Positions 6,514 to 14,437 of a DNA stretch of 17,756 bases are shown one piece after another; position 1 is the first letter of the stretch; each line of letters begins with the position of its first letter. The notes below the pieces were generated by a model. That model did not search any database. It was not told the DNA's origin and worked only from the letters and a program-made list of their open reading frames with translations. The stretch covers positions 1 to 17,756 of the IMG/VR virus record IMGVR_UViG_3300045988_028447; one strand, written 5' to 3'. The DNA is from a virus. A program made the position numbers and the translations under genes.

Positions 6514-7308
6514 CTACTCCCATTCTCCATAGTTACGACAGTTACCGAAAATGGTATCATACGAACCCCATACTTGCATGAAGCACGGTTCGAGACTGCG
6601 CACGACCTCCATGTCCACATTGATGACCGCGCCACGGTATTCCTGAATCAGGCTCATGGCGCTCTGGCTACGCCCGGTCACATGGCTCTTGCCCTTGGAA
6701 TTGCTTGAATCATGCTGAAAATCAGTGGCGCTTTGAGCGGTGGTATGACTGGCCGAATCCTGTGAGCTGGACGCAGTGCCCGAACTGTCCGCCTGCGACT
6801 CGTTCGCATGGGAAGCGTAGCGTGAAAAATCGCCTACGACGCCGGTCTGCGGCACGTCGCTGTCGAAACTCCTGGACGTGGTAGTGCTGCTGTTATCCGA
6901 CTTGCTGGCACTGTTGCTCGTCGAATCCTGCATACTGGACGCCTTGCCGGATGACTGGGATTCACTGCCGTTCTCACTGTCCGTAACCATGTCCACGGAA
7001 TCCAACGGATCATATTCCAAGTCCAGCGTCCTATAGCGTTCGTTGAAATAAGGCATGACCTCCGCCATCGTCATGCCCAGATAGAACACGAACTGCTGCG
7101 CGGTCTCCTGTCCTATCTCCCTGAGCGCGTAATGGCGGACGATCTTCTCATTCAATTCCGCGCGGTGAGATTCGTCATATATCGGATAATAGTCGGCGCT
7201 CAAGTGCAGCCTATCGTCGGTATCGTATCCGAATGCAATAAGATTGCCAAGGGTTTCGGTGTACTCCCCCGGCGTCTCCATCGCATAGGCGCTAAAATCC
7301 TGTGTCAT
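6514..7308 (-). CDS. Lower collar protein (phi29 gp11-like) with a long Ser/Thr/Asp/Gln-rich insertion
   Basis: YYPIYDESHRAELNEKIVRHYALREIGQETAQQFVFYL...MPYFNERY matches the conserved gp11-family N-terminal pattern. The gene lies immediately after the connector gene, with an ATGA stop/start overlap at 7305-7308. GGAGGTG RBS is present. Confidence 0.75.
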   Translation of the reverse strand: MTQDFSAYAMETPGEYTETLGNLIAFGYDTDDRLHLSADYYPIYDESHRAELNEKIVRHYALREIGQETAQQFVFYLGMTMAEVMPYFNERYRTLDLEYDPLDSVDMVTDSENGSESQSSGKASSMQDSTSNSASKSDNSSTTTSRSFDSDVPQTGVVGDFSRYASHANESQADSSGTASSSQDSASHTTAQSATDFQHDSSNSKGKSHVTGRSQSAMSLIQEYRGAVINVDMEVVRSLEPCFMQVWGSYDTIFGNCRNYGEWE

Positions 7309-8255
7309 AACACACCTCCGATACCCGCATCGTATGATGAGGGCATGTCGACATCCGTCGTACCGCCCGTGCCCGAATCAAGAGCATTGGGCACTCCGGA
7401 ACTTTGCACGTCCGCATATTCAACCCACACGTCCAACTGCGGCCACAGTCGGTTAATTTCCGTCGCCGCCGTCTGCCGAGCCTTAAGGAAACTCAATCGG
7501 AACACGTCCACCTTTTCGTTGGCTTGCGCCACCTCATCCGAAATGAGCCGCTCCTTCTTCTCCGTACCACTGGACTGGATGCCCAGGTATCCCAACACCT
7601 CGTTGGTCACCTGGGTCTTCTGCTGGATGAACTTGTCCAACAGATACGGCGTAGTGTTGGGCCACGGCTGGAACATGCTGCCGGGATCCAACGAATCATA
7701 GCCGATGATATAATCCTGACCGTCCTGTCGCTGCTGCAGCATGTTCTGGACGGTGAGCTTGGTCCGAGGATCGGCGGTGATGATGGTCGGCAGCTTCAAA
7801 CCCTCCAAGTTCACGTCGTACGCCTTATCGATATCCGCAAGACGCCGCGCATACTGCCATAGGATATCCTTGAACGACATGCGCATGCGGTTATCCCAGA
7901 TGGGAATGCATTCACGGCCCGCCTTAAGCTGCCTGTAATGATAGTTGACGCCCACCGGCTCGAAACACGTCGGATTATTATATACGTTCAGTCGGCCTTG
8001 ATATCCGGCCTGGGTCACCAGGAACCGGCCTATGCGCCCATCCTCGAAAAAGAGGGCGCACCCATATTCGCACAAACACATTTCGAGCCATCGTTCGTCC
8101 ACAGTCGGCGGCAATCCACGCCAACTGAATCGGTTCAGCGCCAGCTCTTCCAACAAATGATAATACATGCCGTCAAGGTCGGCGGCGCGTGCCTTCGCGT
8201 AATTGCCGCGCGGATGCAACGCGCCGCCGACCCGATTCTTCCTAGACCTACTCAT
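7305..8255 (-). CDS. Head-tail connector / portal (phi29 gp10-like upper collar)
   Basis: The 316-aa size is in the gp10 range. It has a basic N-terminus and the motifs LALNRFSWRGLP, CLCEYGCALFF and IPIWDN typical of the small Picovirinae connector family. It sits between tail knob and lower collar as in phi29. Confidence 0.85.
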   Translation of the reverse strand: MSRSRKNRVGGALHPRGNYAKARAADLDGMYYHLLEELALNRFSWRGLPPTVDERWLEMCLCEYGCALFFEDGRIGRFLVTQAGYQGRLNVYNNPTCFEPVGVNYHYRQLKAGRECIPIWDNRMRMSFKDILWQYARRLADIDKAYDVNLEGLKLPTIITADPRTKLTVQNMLQQRQDGQDYIIGYDSLDPGSMFQPWPNTTPYLLDKFIQQKTQVTNEVLGYLGIQSSGTEKKERLISDEVAQANEKVDVFRLSFLKARQTAATEINRLWPQLDVWVEYADVQSSGVPNALDSGTGGTTDVDMPSSYDAGIGGVL

Positions 8256-8267
8256 GTCACCATCATA

Positions 8268-10565
8268 TCACTCATAGCCGATGCCCGGCAGCGGGTCATT
8301 ATCCGCCCAATCGGTCACACCAACATACTCGGGCCTAGCCCAGACCGTCACGCCACGTTCGAACATGCCCTTGATGGCCAACCGCGCCTGTTCAGGCAGC
8401 GTGCCCCTGACATAGCATTCCTGCATCTGCCAGTACGTGAACTTCTCCATACATTGCAGGCTTGCGGGCGGAGTGATGAACCGTTGGACAAAATACCCGA
8501 ACCGCAGCATGAACTCCCCAACGCTGCGCAACGCGCTAGGGGCGCACGTGCGGAAACGTACCAGCACGCCCATGATACCGTTGGCGAGGTTGAACGAATC
8601 GCCGCCCACCGCGCCGCTCGTAGTCGGCGGCGTCATCTGCATTTGCTGCACTTGCGCGTTGATCCCCGCTATCGTATTCTCATAATCGCCTTCGGCAAAA
8701 CGCGTAGCCAACCGATAGTTCTGTCCGGCCATGAGAGCGCTGGAAGTGCCCTGAATCTGCTGGGCGCGTTGCGCGTACGCGTTCGCCTGTGAGGTTTGCG
8801 CCGCATTGGTCGCCACACTGTTGGCCGTATTCGCCGCCGCCGTATCGTTGGCGATGTCACGACTGGCACGCAACCCCGTGTTGGCGATGCCGTTCTGTAC
8901 GATCCCGCCGACGGTGCCGCCGACCAGTCCAGCCACGTTCCCCGACATGAGCGCGCTTCCCGCATTGGAAACAAGCCCCCATGCAGTCTGCGCGTTGTTC
9001 TGCGATATGTTCAAATCGGTCATGGCATTGGTGTTCGCCTGACCGATGGCCAGCGACTGGTTCAGCGAGTTGGCTGCGATAGTGTTCAACGCATTCCGGT
9101 TGGTGACACCCAATTGGGTCATCTCCTGTTGGGTGCGAATCGACGTGCCGGCCTGGGATAGCGTGTTCGCGGCGCTCATGGTCGCCTTCTGCTGAGCCCA
9201 TCCGGCCGACTGTTCGGCATAAGCCCGACCGTACGCACTGTTGGCCATGGCGAGCGAAGCCCCATTGTTCACCACCATGAATTGAGGAAAATTGGTGATG
9301 CCGAAACTCACGTTCAGCATCTCCCCGCCGTCAATCGGCAATCCGGTACCATTACCGGACGGGGAGTCGACCGTAGCCGCGCCGCCCGCATTATAGTTCA
9401 CCGGATAAAAGTTCAGACGTGGGGACGGTGGCGCGTAATTCCACGTTTCACGAATGACCAGGTCGTCGGATTGGATGTCTTCGGGCCGATAGACAACGTT
9501 GGAACCGTTCAGGCATGAGCATTCCACGATGCTATACGGGTAGCACCGCAGCTTCCTCAGATTGCGATACCGGTTCGGAATGTTGAAATTATCGCGAAAG
9601 TTCCTGATGGAGACGATGTCGTCATACCGGTTGTCGCTCCTGGCTTCCCACACGAACGTGTACACGTGGCCCTTGATGACGCCGGCCACACCGTTTCCGA
9701 AGAATTGCGTCACTTCACGGCCCGCTTCGGCGACATAGTCGGCGCTGATCTTCGGTATGGCGTAAATCGCCGTGATGCCTTGGGTCACCCACGGGAACGA
9801 ACTGCCCGCTTGCATGACGCGCGTAAAATCATCGGCGGTATCGAAATAGTAGATTCCCGCACCATTGGATTGATTCTCGAATTGCGAACCCTGTGCGGTC
9901 TTCAACGACGGCTTCTCGACAGTGCCACCCGACGCTTCAAGGTCGGTCGTAGCCACGACGATGACACCATAATTCAAGGTCGGCGAATTGAGACCGGGTT
10001 GTGCGGGCTTGCTGGACATCAGCGACTTGTATGACTGGGAGGAGACGACGGTTTCCGCACCGGTATCCAATCCCTCCGGCAGTGCAAGCGCGGTACGCCC
10101 ATAATCATCCCACTGACGTTCGTTGGCCACGCCGATATGCCCGCGCGTCACATAACAGCTGCCGAACGTCACGTCATACTGGAAACTCTGCCACACATCC
10201 AACATAAGCGTGAGCTGCGTGGTGTGCGCGTTAACGTATTCCACGGATTCGATGAAATAATACCATGTCCGCGGAGACTCCAATCCGGGATAATCGTTGA
10301 CGGCAACAAGATAATTATAATTCGACGCCTGATTGAACGGCATATCGACACGTACGGGCGCGCCGAAAACATGCATGGTGGCCGGACGGCATTCCACGCC
10401 ATCCAATCCGTCAAACCATTCCCGCTGCATCTCACGTGAAGCGAACCGTACGATATCACGATAGCTCGCATCCCACGGGACACGGCAAAGCTTCAACGCA
10501 GTGTTAGGCGTCCACTCCGCCCACGAAAAACCTGATTCCACGTAAGGATTCACATCATCAATCAT
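8268..10565 (-). CDS. Tail knob / distal tail tube protein (phi29 gp9-like)
   Basis: The N-terminal pattern NYNYLVAVNDYP...TWYYFIESVEYVNAHTTQLTLMLDVWQSF is characteristic of gp9-family knobs. The product is large (about 765 aa). The track start 10586 is a TTG. GGAGG (10572-10576) favours the third ATG at 10565, but 10568 and 10571 are also possible. Confidence 0.8.
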   Translation of the reverse strand: MIDDVNPYVESGFSWAEWTPNTALKLCRVPWDASYRDIVRFASREMQREWFDGLDGVECRPATMHVFGAPVRVDMPFNQASNYNYLVAVNDYPGLESPRTWYYFIESVEYVNAHTTQLTLMLDVWQSFQYDVTFGSCYVTRGHIGVANERQWDDYGRTALALPEGLDTGAETVVSSQSYKSLMSSKPAQPGLNSPTLNYGVIVVATTDLEASGGTVEKPSLKTAQGSQFENQSNGAGIYYFDTADDFTRVMQAGSSFPWVTQGITAIYAIPKISADYVAEAGREVTQFFGNGVAGVIKGHVYTFVWEARSDNRYDDIVSIRNFRDNFNIPNRYRNLRKLRCYPYSIVECSCLNGSNVVYRPEDIQSDDLVIRETWNYAPPSPRLNFYPVNYNAGGAATVDSPSGNGTGLPIDGGEMLNVSFGITNFPQFMVVNNGASLAMANSAYGRAYAEQSAGWAQQKATMSAANTLSQAGTSIRTQQEMTQLGVTNRNALNTIAANSLNQSLAIGQANTNAMTDLNISQNNAQTAWGLVSNAGSALMSGNVAGLVGGTVGGIVQNGIANTGLRASRDIANDTAAANTANSVATNAAQTSQANAYAQRAQQIQGTSSALMAGQNYRLATRFAEGDYENTIAGINAQVQQMQMTPPTTSGAVGGDSFNLANGIMGVLVRFRTCAPSALRSVGEFMLRFGYFVQRFITPPASLQCMEKFTYWQMQECYVRGTLPEQARLAIKGMFERGVTVWARPEYVGVTDWADNDPLPGIGYE

Positions 10566-10586
10566 CATCATCCTCCGGTATGACAA

Positions 10587-10666
10587 GACCCGGAACGCTC
10601 ACGAAGGTCACGTTCCGGGTCCTGACTTACATCACACCGTGAGAGAGTGCGGCCCAAGCCGCACTC
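10587..10666 (-). promoter_or_regulatory. Two strong RNA stem-loops between the capsid and tail-knob genes
   Basis: Hairpin 1 pairs 10645-10653 with 10658-10666 (9 bp, 4-nt loop). Hairpin 2 pairs 10587-10597 with 10611-10621 (11 bp perfect, 13-nt loop). Neither has a clear U-tract, so they are more likely an mRNA-stabilising or partial-termination element than a full terminator. Confidence 0.55.
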
Positions 10667-10674
10667 CCATCATA

Positions 10675-12411
10675 TCACTTTCCGCCGGTCACAGTCACGG
10701 TCTGCTTGCCGGACACGCCGAACAGCGTGGCCGTGACATCGGAGGAGCCCGCCTCGACACCGGTCACCACGCCCGACTTGGATACGGTAGCGTTCTCCGG
10801 AGCGCTGGAAGTCCAAGCAGCCTGCATGGTCACATCAGCCGTACGTCCGTCAATCATCGTCGCCACGGCACTCGCCTGTACCATCGCACTCTCCGTCACC
10901 TTCGGAACCGTAACGGCAATCGACGCGATGATGGACGGATTGAAGCCGATGACGCCATCGCCAACCACCGACACGTCCAAAGCAGCGGACACGGTGCCCG
11001 GCACCTCCGGCGTCTTGGGATTGGTATACAGCGCGGTGGCCGTGACCGGAATGACAGTGTTCGGTTCATCAAGGCCGACGACCAGTACGCCGGTAGGCGA
11101 AACGTACGTGTAATCGCTCTTCGGCTTCACGGTATCGCCGATGGCATACCTGACCGCATCCGAACGGAACGTAGCGTTGCCATCATTGTCGATGGCCGTA
11201 TCGGCGGTAACCTGCACCGCACCGCCACGAGCCACATCGGTCGGAGTCCCAGAGCCACCGCCGTACATGGCCAGCTTCAGCTGGAACGTCGGCGTCTTGG
11301 CCACGGTACCGGTCGGCGTCACCACGTTCGCAGTGGAACCGGCACCCGTCCAGAACATGACGGCGGGAGCGAAGCCGGACACCGAAACGATGTGCTGGAC
11401 ATGCAGATAATGGTTGACCGAGTTGATGTTCACCGGGTTTGTCTGCTGGGTCATCTCATTGATGACCGGAATGTCGATGAGGAACTTATCGGTCGTCAGG
11501 ATGGCTTGCACGCCATCCATGCCGAACCGGTCCTGTGGAATGACGATAATCCGATCGATGGTCGGCTCGGCGTCCGTCCGCTGGAACACCGTGGCCAAGC
11601 CTTGCACGTCAAGCGCCGACTTGACTTCGGGAGAGCAGAACAGCACCAACTCGTCCGGACGGGCGAAGGTCGGCATATGCCGCGCATTATAGCGGGTGGA
11701 CACGAACTTAAGCGTGTCGGCCCAAGCGCGAATCTGACGCAGCATATCGCGGGCGTCAGTCTCCGAACTACCCATGTTGTTCAGGTCGTGATCCATGTGG
11801 ACGCGCCAATACCCGCCAAGCTTCGCATATTCGACGAACTGATGACACATGGCTTCGAAAAGGTCGACTTCGGCCGCGTTATAACAAGAGGTGAGAATCT
11901 GCGAAGTGAGCGAGGCCAAGCCGTTCTCGGAAGTGAAGGCACGCTGAAGCGTCCTATCATCCGTGGTTGCGGGATACCAGTGGGCGAAGTCCAGTCGATG
12001 ATACAGCGAATCGACGTCAATCTTCCACTTGCGGAAATTATCCGCGCCAAGATACTCCGCATTCGGGTCGTACACTTGCGCCAACGGCATGCCCACGGCA
12101 ATTTCCTGCCACGTATCACCATACGCTTGCGAAGCCCGCTGGAAAACACTCAGCGGATTATTCCACCGCCACGTGTTGACATACGTGCCGCCAATACGGT
12201 TGACCAGCGCCGAGTAGAACTCGTTCTTAAGCTGGGTGGACGACATGAGGGTGGCCATCTGCCTATCCATGTTCATCTGGGTGGCGGACGGCATGCGCCG
12301 CTGATATTCGGGCGACGCCTCATTACGGATCATGTTGAGAATCTGGGCATTGTTGAATTCGGTGAGCGGCCTAAGCTGCTGCTTCGGCGTCACCACAGGG
12401 GTGGTCGACAT
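10675..12411 (-). CDS. Major capsid protein with C-terminal bacterial Ig-like (Big_2-type) domain(s)
   Basis: ATG at 12411 has GAAAGGA upstream. It is the largest late ORF and follows the scaffold gene, as phi29 gene 8 follows gene 7. The C-terminal ATVSKSGVVTGVEAGSSDVTATLFGVSGKQTVTVTG is a Big_2-like signature, which phi29 gp8 also carries. Confidence 0.8.
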   Translation of the reverse strand: MSTTPVVTPKQQLRPLTEFNNAQILNMIRNEASPEYQRRMPSATQMNMDRQMATLMSSTQLKNEFYSALVNRIGGTYVNTWRWNNPLSVFQRASQAYGDTWQEIAVGMPLAQVYDPNAEYLGADNFRKWKIDVDSLYHRLDFAHWYPATTDDRTLQRAFTSENGLASLTSQILTSCYNAAEVDLFEAMCHQFVEYAKLGGYWRVHMDHDLNNMGSSETDARDMLRQIRAWADTLKFVSTRYNARHMPTFARPDELVLFCSPEVKSALDVQGLATVFQRTDAEPTIDRIIVIPQDRFGMDGVQAILTTDKFLIDIPVINEMTQQTNPVNINSVNHYLHVQHIVSVSGFAPAVMFWTGAGSTANVVTPTGTVAKTPTFQLKLAMYGGGSGTPTDVARGGAVQVTADTAIDNDGNATFRSDAVRYAIGDTVKPKSDYTYVSPTGVLVVGLDEPNTVIPVTATALYTNPKTPEVPGTVSAALDVSVVGDGVIGFNPSIIASIAVTVPKVTESAMVQASAVATMIDGRTADVTMQAAWTSSAPENATVSKSGVVTGVEAGSSDVTATLFGVSGKQTVTVTGGK

Positions 12412-12433
12412 GATAGTTGTTCCTTTCTCATCG

Positions 12434-12775
12434 TCAGTCTTCATACAGGTCGGAGAATGTACCATAAGTGCCGTTATAGTCGTCGTCGGTCATTTCCGTG
12501 GCGTCCGGCGTCGCGTCGCCGTCCGGGCCATCGTTCAGCACGTGGTCGGCCGCCGCGTCGCGCATCGCCTCAATGGTCTTCGACAATTCGGCCACGGTCG
12601 CTTCGAGCGCGCTGAGACGGTCAGCCATGTCGGCGGTCTTATCGTCTCCCGCGTCCTCCGGTTCGCCATCGTCCCGAACCTTAAGTTCCGGGTTCGGCGT
12701 ATCGGCTTCGGCGGTCGTGTCCGGCTCGATGTCGGGCGCGGCATCCGGCTTGCCATCGATTTCAGTGTCGTTCAT
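12434..12775 (-). CDS. Scaffolding protein (candidate)
   Basis: The 113-aa product is extremely acidic, with a central helical segment (MADRLSALEATVAELSKTIEAMRDAAA). It lies immediately upstream of the capsid gene. ATG at 12775 has AGGGG 5 nt upstream; the track start 12781 is a GTG. Confidence 0.6.
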   Translation of the reverse strand: MNDTEIDGKPDAAPDIEPDTTAEADTPNPELKVRDDGEPEDAGDDKTADMADRLSALEATVAELSKTIEAMRDAAADHVLNDGPDGDATPDATEMTDDDYNGTYGTFSDLYED

Positions 12776-12793
12776 AATCACCCCTTATAAGGT

Positions 12794-12824
12794 AAAAGGC
12801 CCGGCAGCAATCACGCTGCCGGGC
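12794..12824 (-). terminator. Intrinsic terminator / attenuator hairpin just upstream of the scaffold RBS
   Basis: A perfect 10-bp GC-rich stem pairs 12799-12808 with 12815-12824 around a 6-nt loop. On minus-strand RNA it is followed by CUUUUAC (12794-12797 = UUUU). Confidence 0.75.
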
Positions 12825-12957
12825 AGGATTGCTAGGCTGTGCGGGTTCCCTCGCCGTCGATGGGCGCTGGCTACGCACGTCTTCCATCCGACCGAATCGC
12901 CTTACCGATTGCCTGACGGTCGGGCCATCGAATCGACTTGGGACGCACACCCCGCTA
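12794..12957 (-). ncRNA. Candidate structured small RNA of about 160 nt (possible phi29-type packaging RNA, or late-operon leader)
   Basis: The unit is bounded by the TGcTATAAT promoter (12964-12973) and the terminator (12794-12824). It contains co-linear nested complementarities: 12944-12951/12835-12843, 12940-12943/12847-12850, 12932-12937/12856-12861, 12924-12927/12868-12871, and a bulged hairpin 12888-12899/12906-12923. The only ORF here is an Arg/Pro-rich 67-mer running through the terminator. Confidence 0.35.
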
Positions 12958-12963
12958 CCGGTC

Positions 12964-12993
12964 ATTATAGCACAAAGAAACAGCCGTCGTCAT
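12964..12993 (-). promoter_or_regulatory. Extended -10 promoter overlapping the pol stop codon
   Basis: The minus strand reads ATGACG (12988-12993), an 18-nt spacer, then TGcTATAAT (12964-12973). The perfect TATAAT has a TG at -15/-14. Confidence 0.5.
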
Positions 12994-14425
12994 TGACATG
13001 ACGTGACCCCGGTAGAAACTCGTCGTAGGGTATGGGAGCCGCCCGATGCACGCCGCTCAGCCGCATCACCGTACCGCCGTCCTCCTGAACGCCGCAATAT
13101 TTGCGATTGCCGAGGATGCGAAGTTTCTCATAGGTATGGTCGTTTTTCCATGCGCCCAGCTTACTATCGTCCGTTTCGATATCCGCGGGCGCATCCGACC
13201 CCTCCAAAATCATGCCGTCCGTATCGGCGTAGAGCACGCGGTCGGCATTCGCATTCATTGCACGGGACAGTATCCGCCGACCGTAGGCGTTGACATAGGC
13301 GGCGGTCGGCAGCCATGCGAGAGAGTTGGTTGACTCGGGTTTATCCACAGTAAAATCCACTCCGCCATCGCCAGAGGGTTTCGGATGCAGCATGGGCCGG
13401 TAGAGCGAAGCCCCGAATTTTCCCACCAGTGAGTTCAACAGCAGTTTCGCCATCTGCCGCCGTTCCCCGGTCGCGGTCCGCTTGACGTGGAACCACTTGT
13501 CCACATACGCACAATAGAGGCCGTGTGACTTACGGAATTTCCAGCCACCGACATGATCCCACACGTGGACGTCGTAGTTTTCCGCAAGCGTCTGCCAATC
13601 CACATCCGTGACCGGCATGGTGACGACACCTAGCGTACTGTCCAGACGTTCGCCCTCATACCCCCATACTGGTAGGATGTTGGTGAGTGTCGCCGTTTTT
13701 CCCGCTTTCAGCCGCGCATCGAACGAGACGACATCGACATGCAGCGGATAATCGGCATCATCCCGATATTCCCCGTCATACCATACGGGAGCACCTACCG
13801 GCATGGCAAGGTCGTGCATGATACTCGGATAAAGGCTGTTCACATCCCAGCTTCTGCAATCCCGGTATTCGCCCGGCTTGCCATACACTATCGACCCATA
13901 GTAAGCGGGGCGCATCCGACGATAATCACCCTTATCCAATGGAGGGAAATGACGTTTGAAGCCGGCGTAATCCCCTTCGATGTAATCGGTCATCGCCATT
14001 GAGGCTATGGTCGTGCCCTTGAGATTCAGGGCGTCGCATTCCCGCGCGACATTCCACGTGACTTCCAAGTCGGTAGCTCCTCCAAACGTTTCACGCGAAA
14101 CATTCAACCCGTCATCGCGCGTGATATTGCGCACATCCAGAAAATCCACGGTGATACCGCCCATGCGCACGCGGAAACTGTAGAAGTGGCCGCGAATGTT
14201 GAACGTTCCCCACACACCGTCCTTGCTGGGGTTCGGTTGCGACGGAAGACGTTTCAATAGTTCAGCGGCCATAGGCTCGATGTCCCGCCATCCATGAGCG
14301 CACCATACGCGCGTATGATGGTCAAGCATGGTGAGACGGATGACGGCATTCGCCGTCAATGGCGTCACACCATCATCCGTCAATAATGTCGTGCCGTCCG
14401 TTGCCGCCGTTCGACGCTCTTTCAT
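12965..14425 (-). CDS. Protein-primed family-B DNA polymerase (compact, 486 aa)
   Basis: Motif A is WDVNSLYPSIM, motif B KLLLNSLVGKFG, motif C VLYADTDGM, and the KxY motif is GNRKY. RVWCAHGW resembles phi29 RVWAYGY. RBS AAGGA lies 7 nt upstream of the ATG at 14425. Confidence 0.93.
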   Translation of the reverse strand: MKERRTAATDGTTLLTDDGVTPLTANAVIRLTMLDHHTRVWCAHGWRDIEPMAAELLKRLPSQPNPSKDGVWGTFNIRGHFYSFRVRMGGITVDFLDVRNITRDDGLNVSRETFGGATDLEVTWNVARECDALNLKGTTIASMAMTDYIEGDYAGFKRHFPPLDKGDYRRMRPAYYGSIVYGKPGEYRDCRSWDVNSLYPSIMHDLAMPVGAPVWYDGEYRDDADYPLHVDVVSFDARLKAGKTATLTNILPVWGYEGERLDSTLGVVTMPVTDVDWQTLAENYDVHVWDHVGGWKFRKSHGLYCAYVDKWFHVKRTATGERRQMAKLLLNSLVGKFGASLYRPMLHPKPSGDGGVDFTVDKPESTNSLAWLPTAAYVNAYGRRILSRAMNANADRVLYADTDGMILEGSDAPADIETDDSKLGAWKNDHTYEKLRILGNRKYCGVQEDGGTVMRLSGVHRAAPIPYDEFLPGSRHVNDDGCFFVL

Positions 14426-14437
14426 GATTCCATCCTT

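Noticed and set aside
10639-12615. A 658-aa plus-strand ORF antisense to the capsid gene. Similar long plus-strand ORFs occur at 2775-4097, 4173-5408, 7938-8792 and 7132-7701.
   Set aside because: Their products are Arg/His/Pro/Thr-rich low-complexity strings with no RBS or motif. They exactly shadow well-supported minus-strand genes. This is a typical stop-poor antisense frame of GC-biased coding sequence.
12762-12965. A 67-aa minus-strand ORF filling the pol-scaffold spacer, whose ATG overlaps the pol stop as TAATG
   Set aside because: The product is Arg/Pro-rich and basic. The ORF runs straight through a perfect terminator hairpin and overlaps the scaffold start, and the region shows extensive nested RNA pairing. 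It is kept as the explicit alternative to the ncRNA hypothesis, because the TAATG coupling makes it not impossible.
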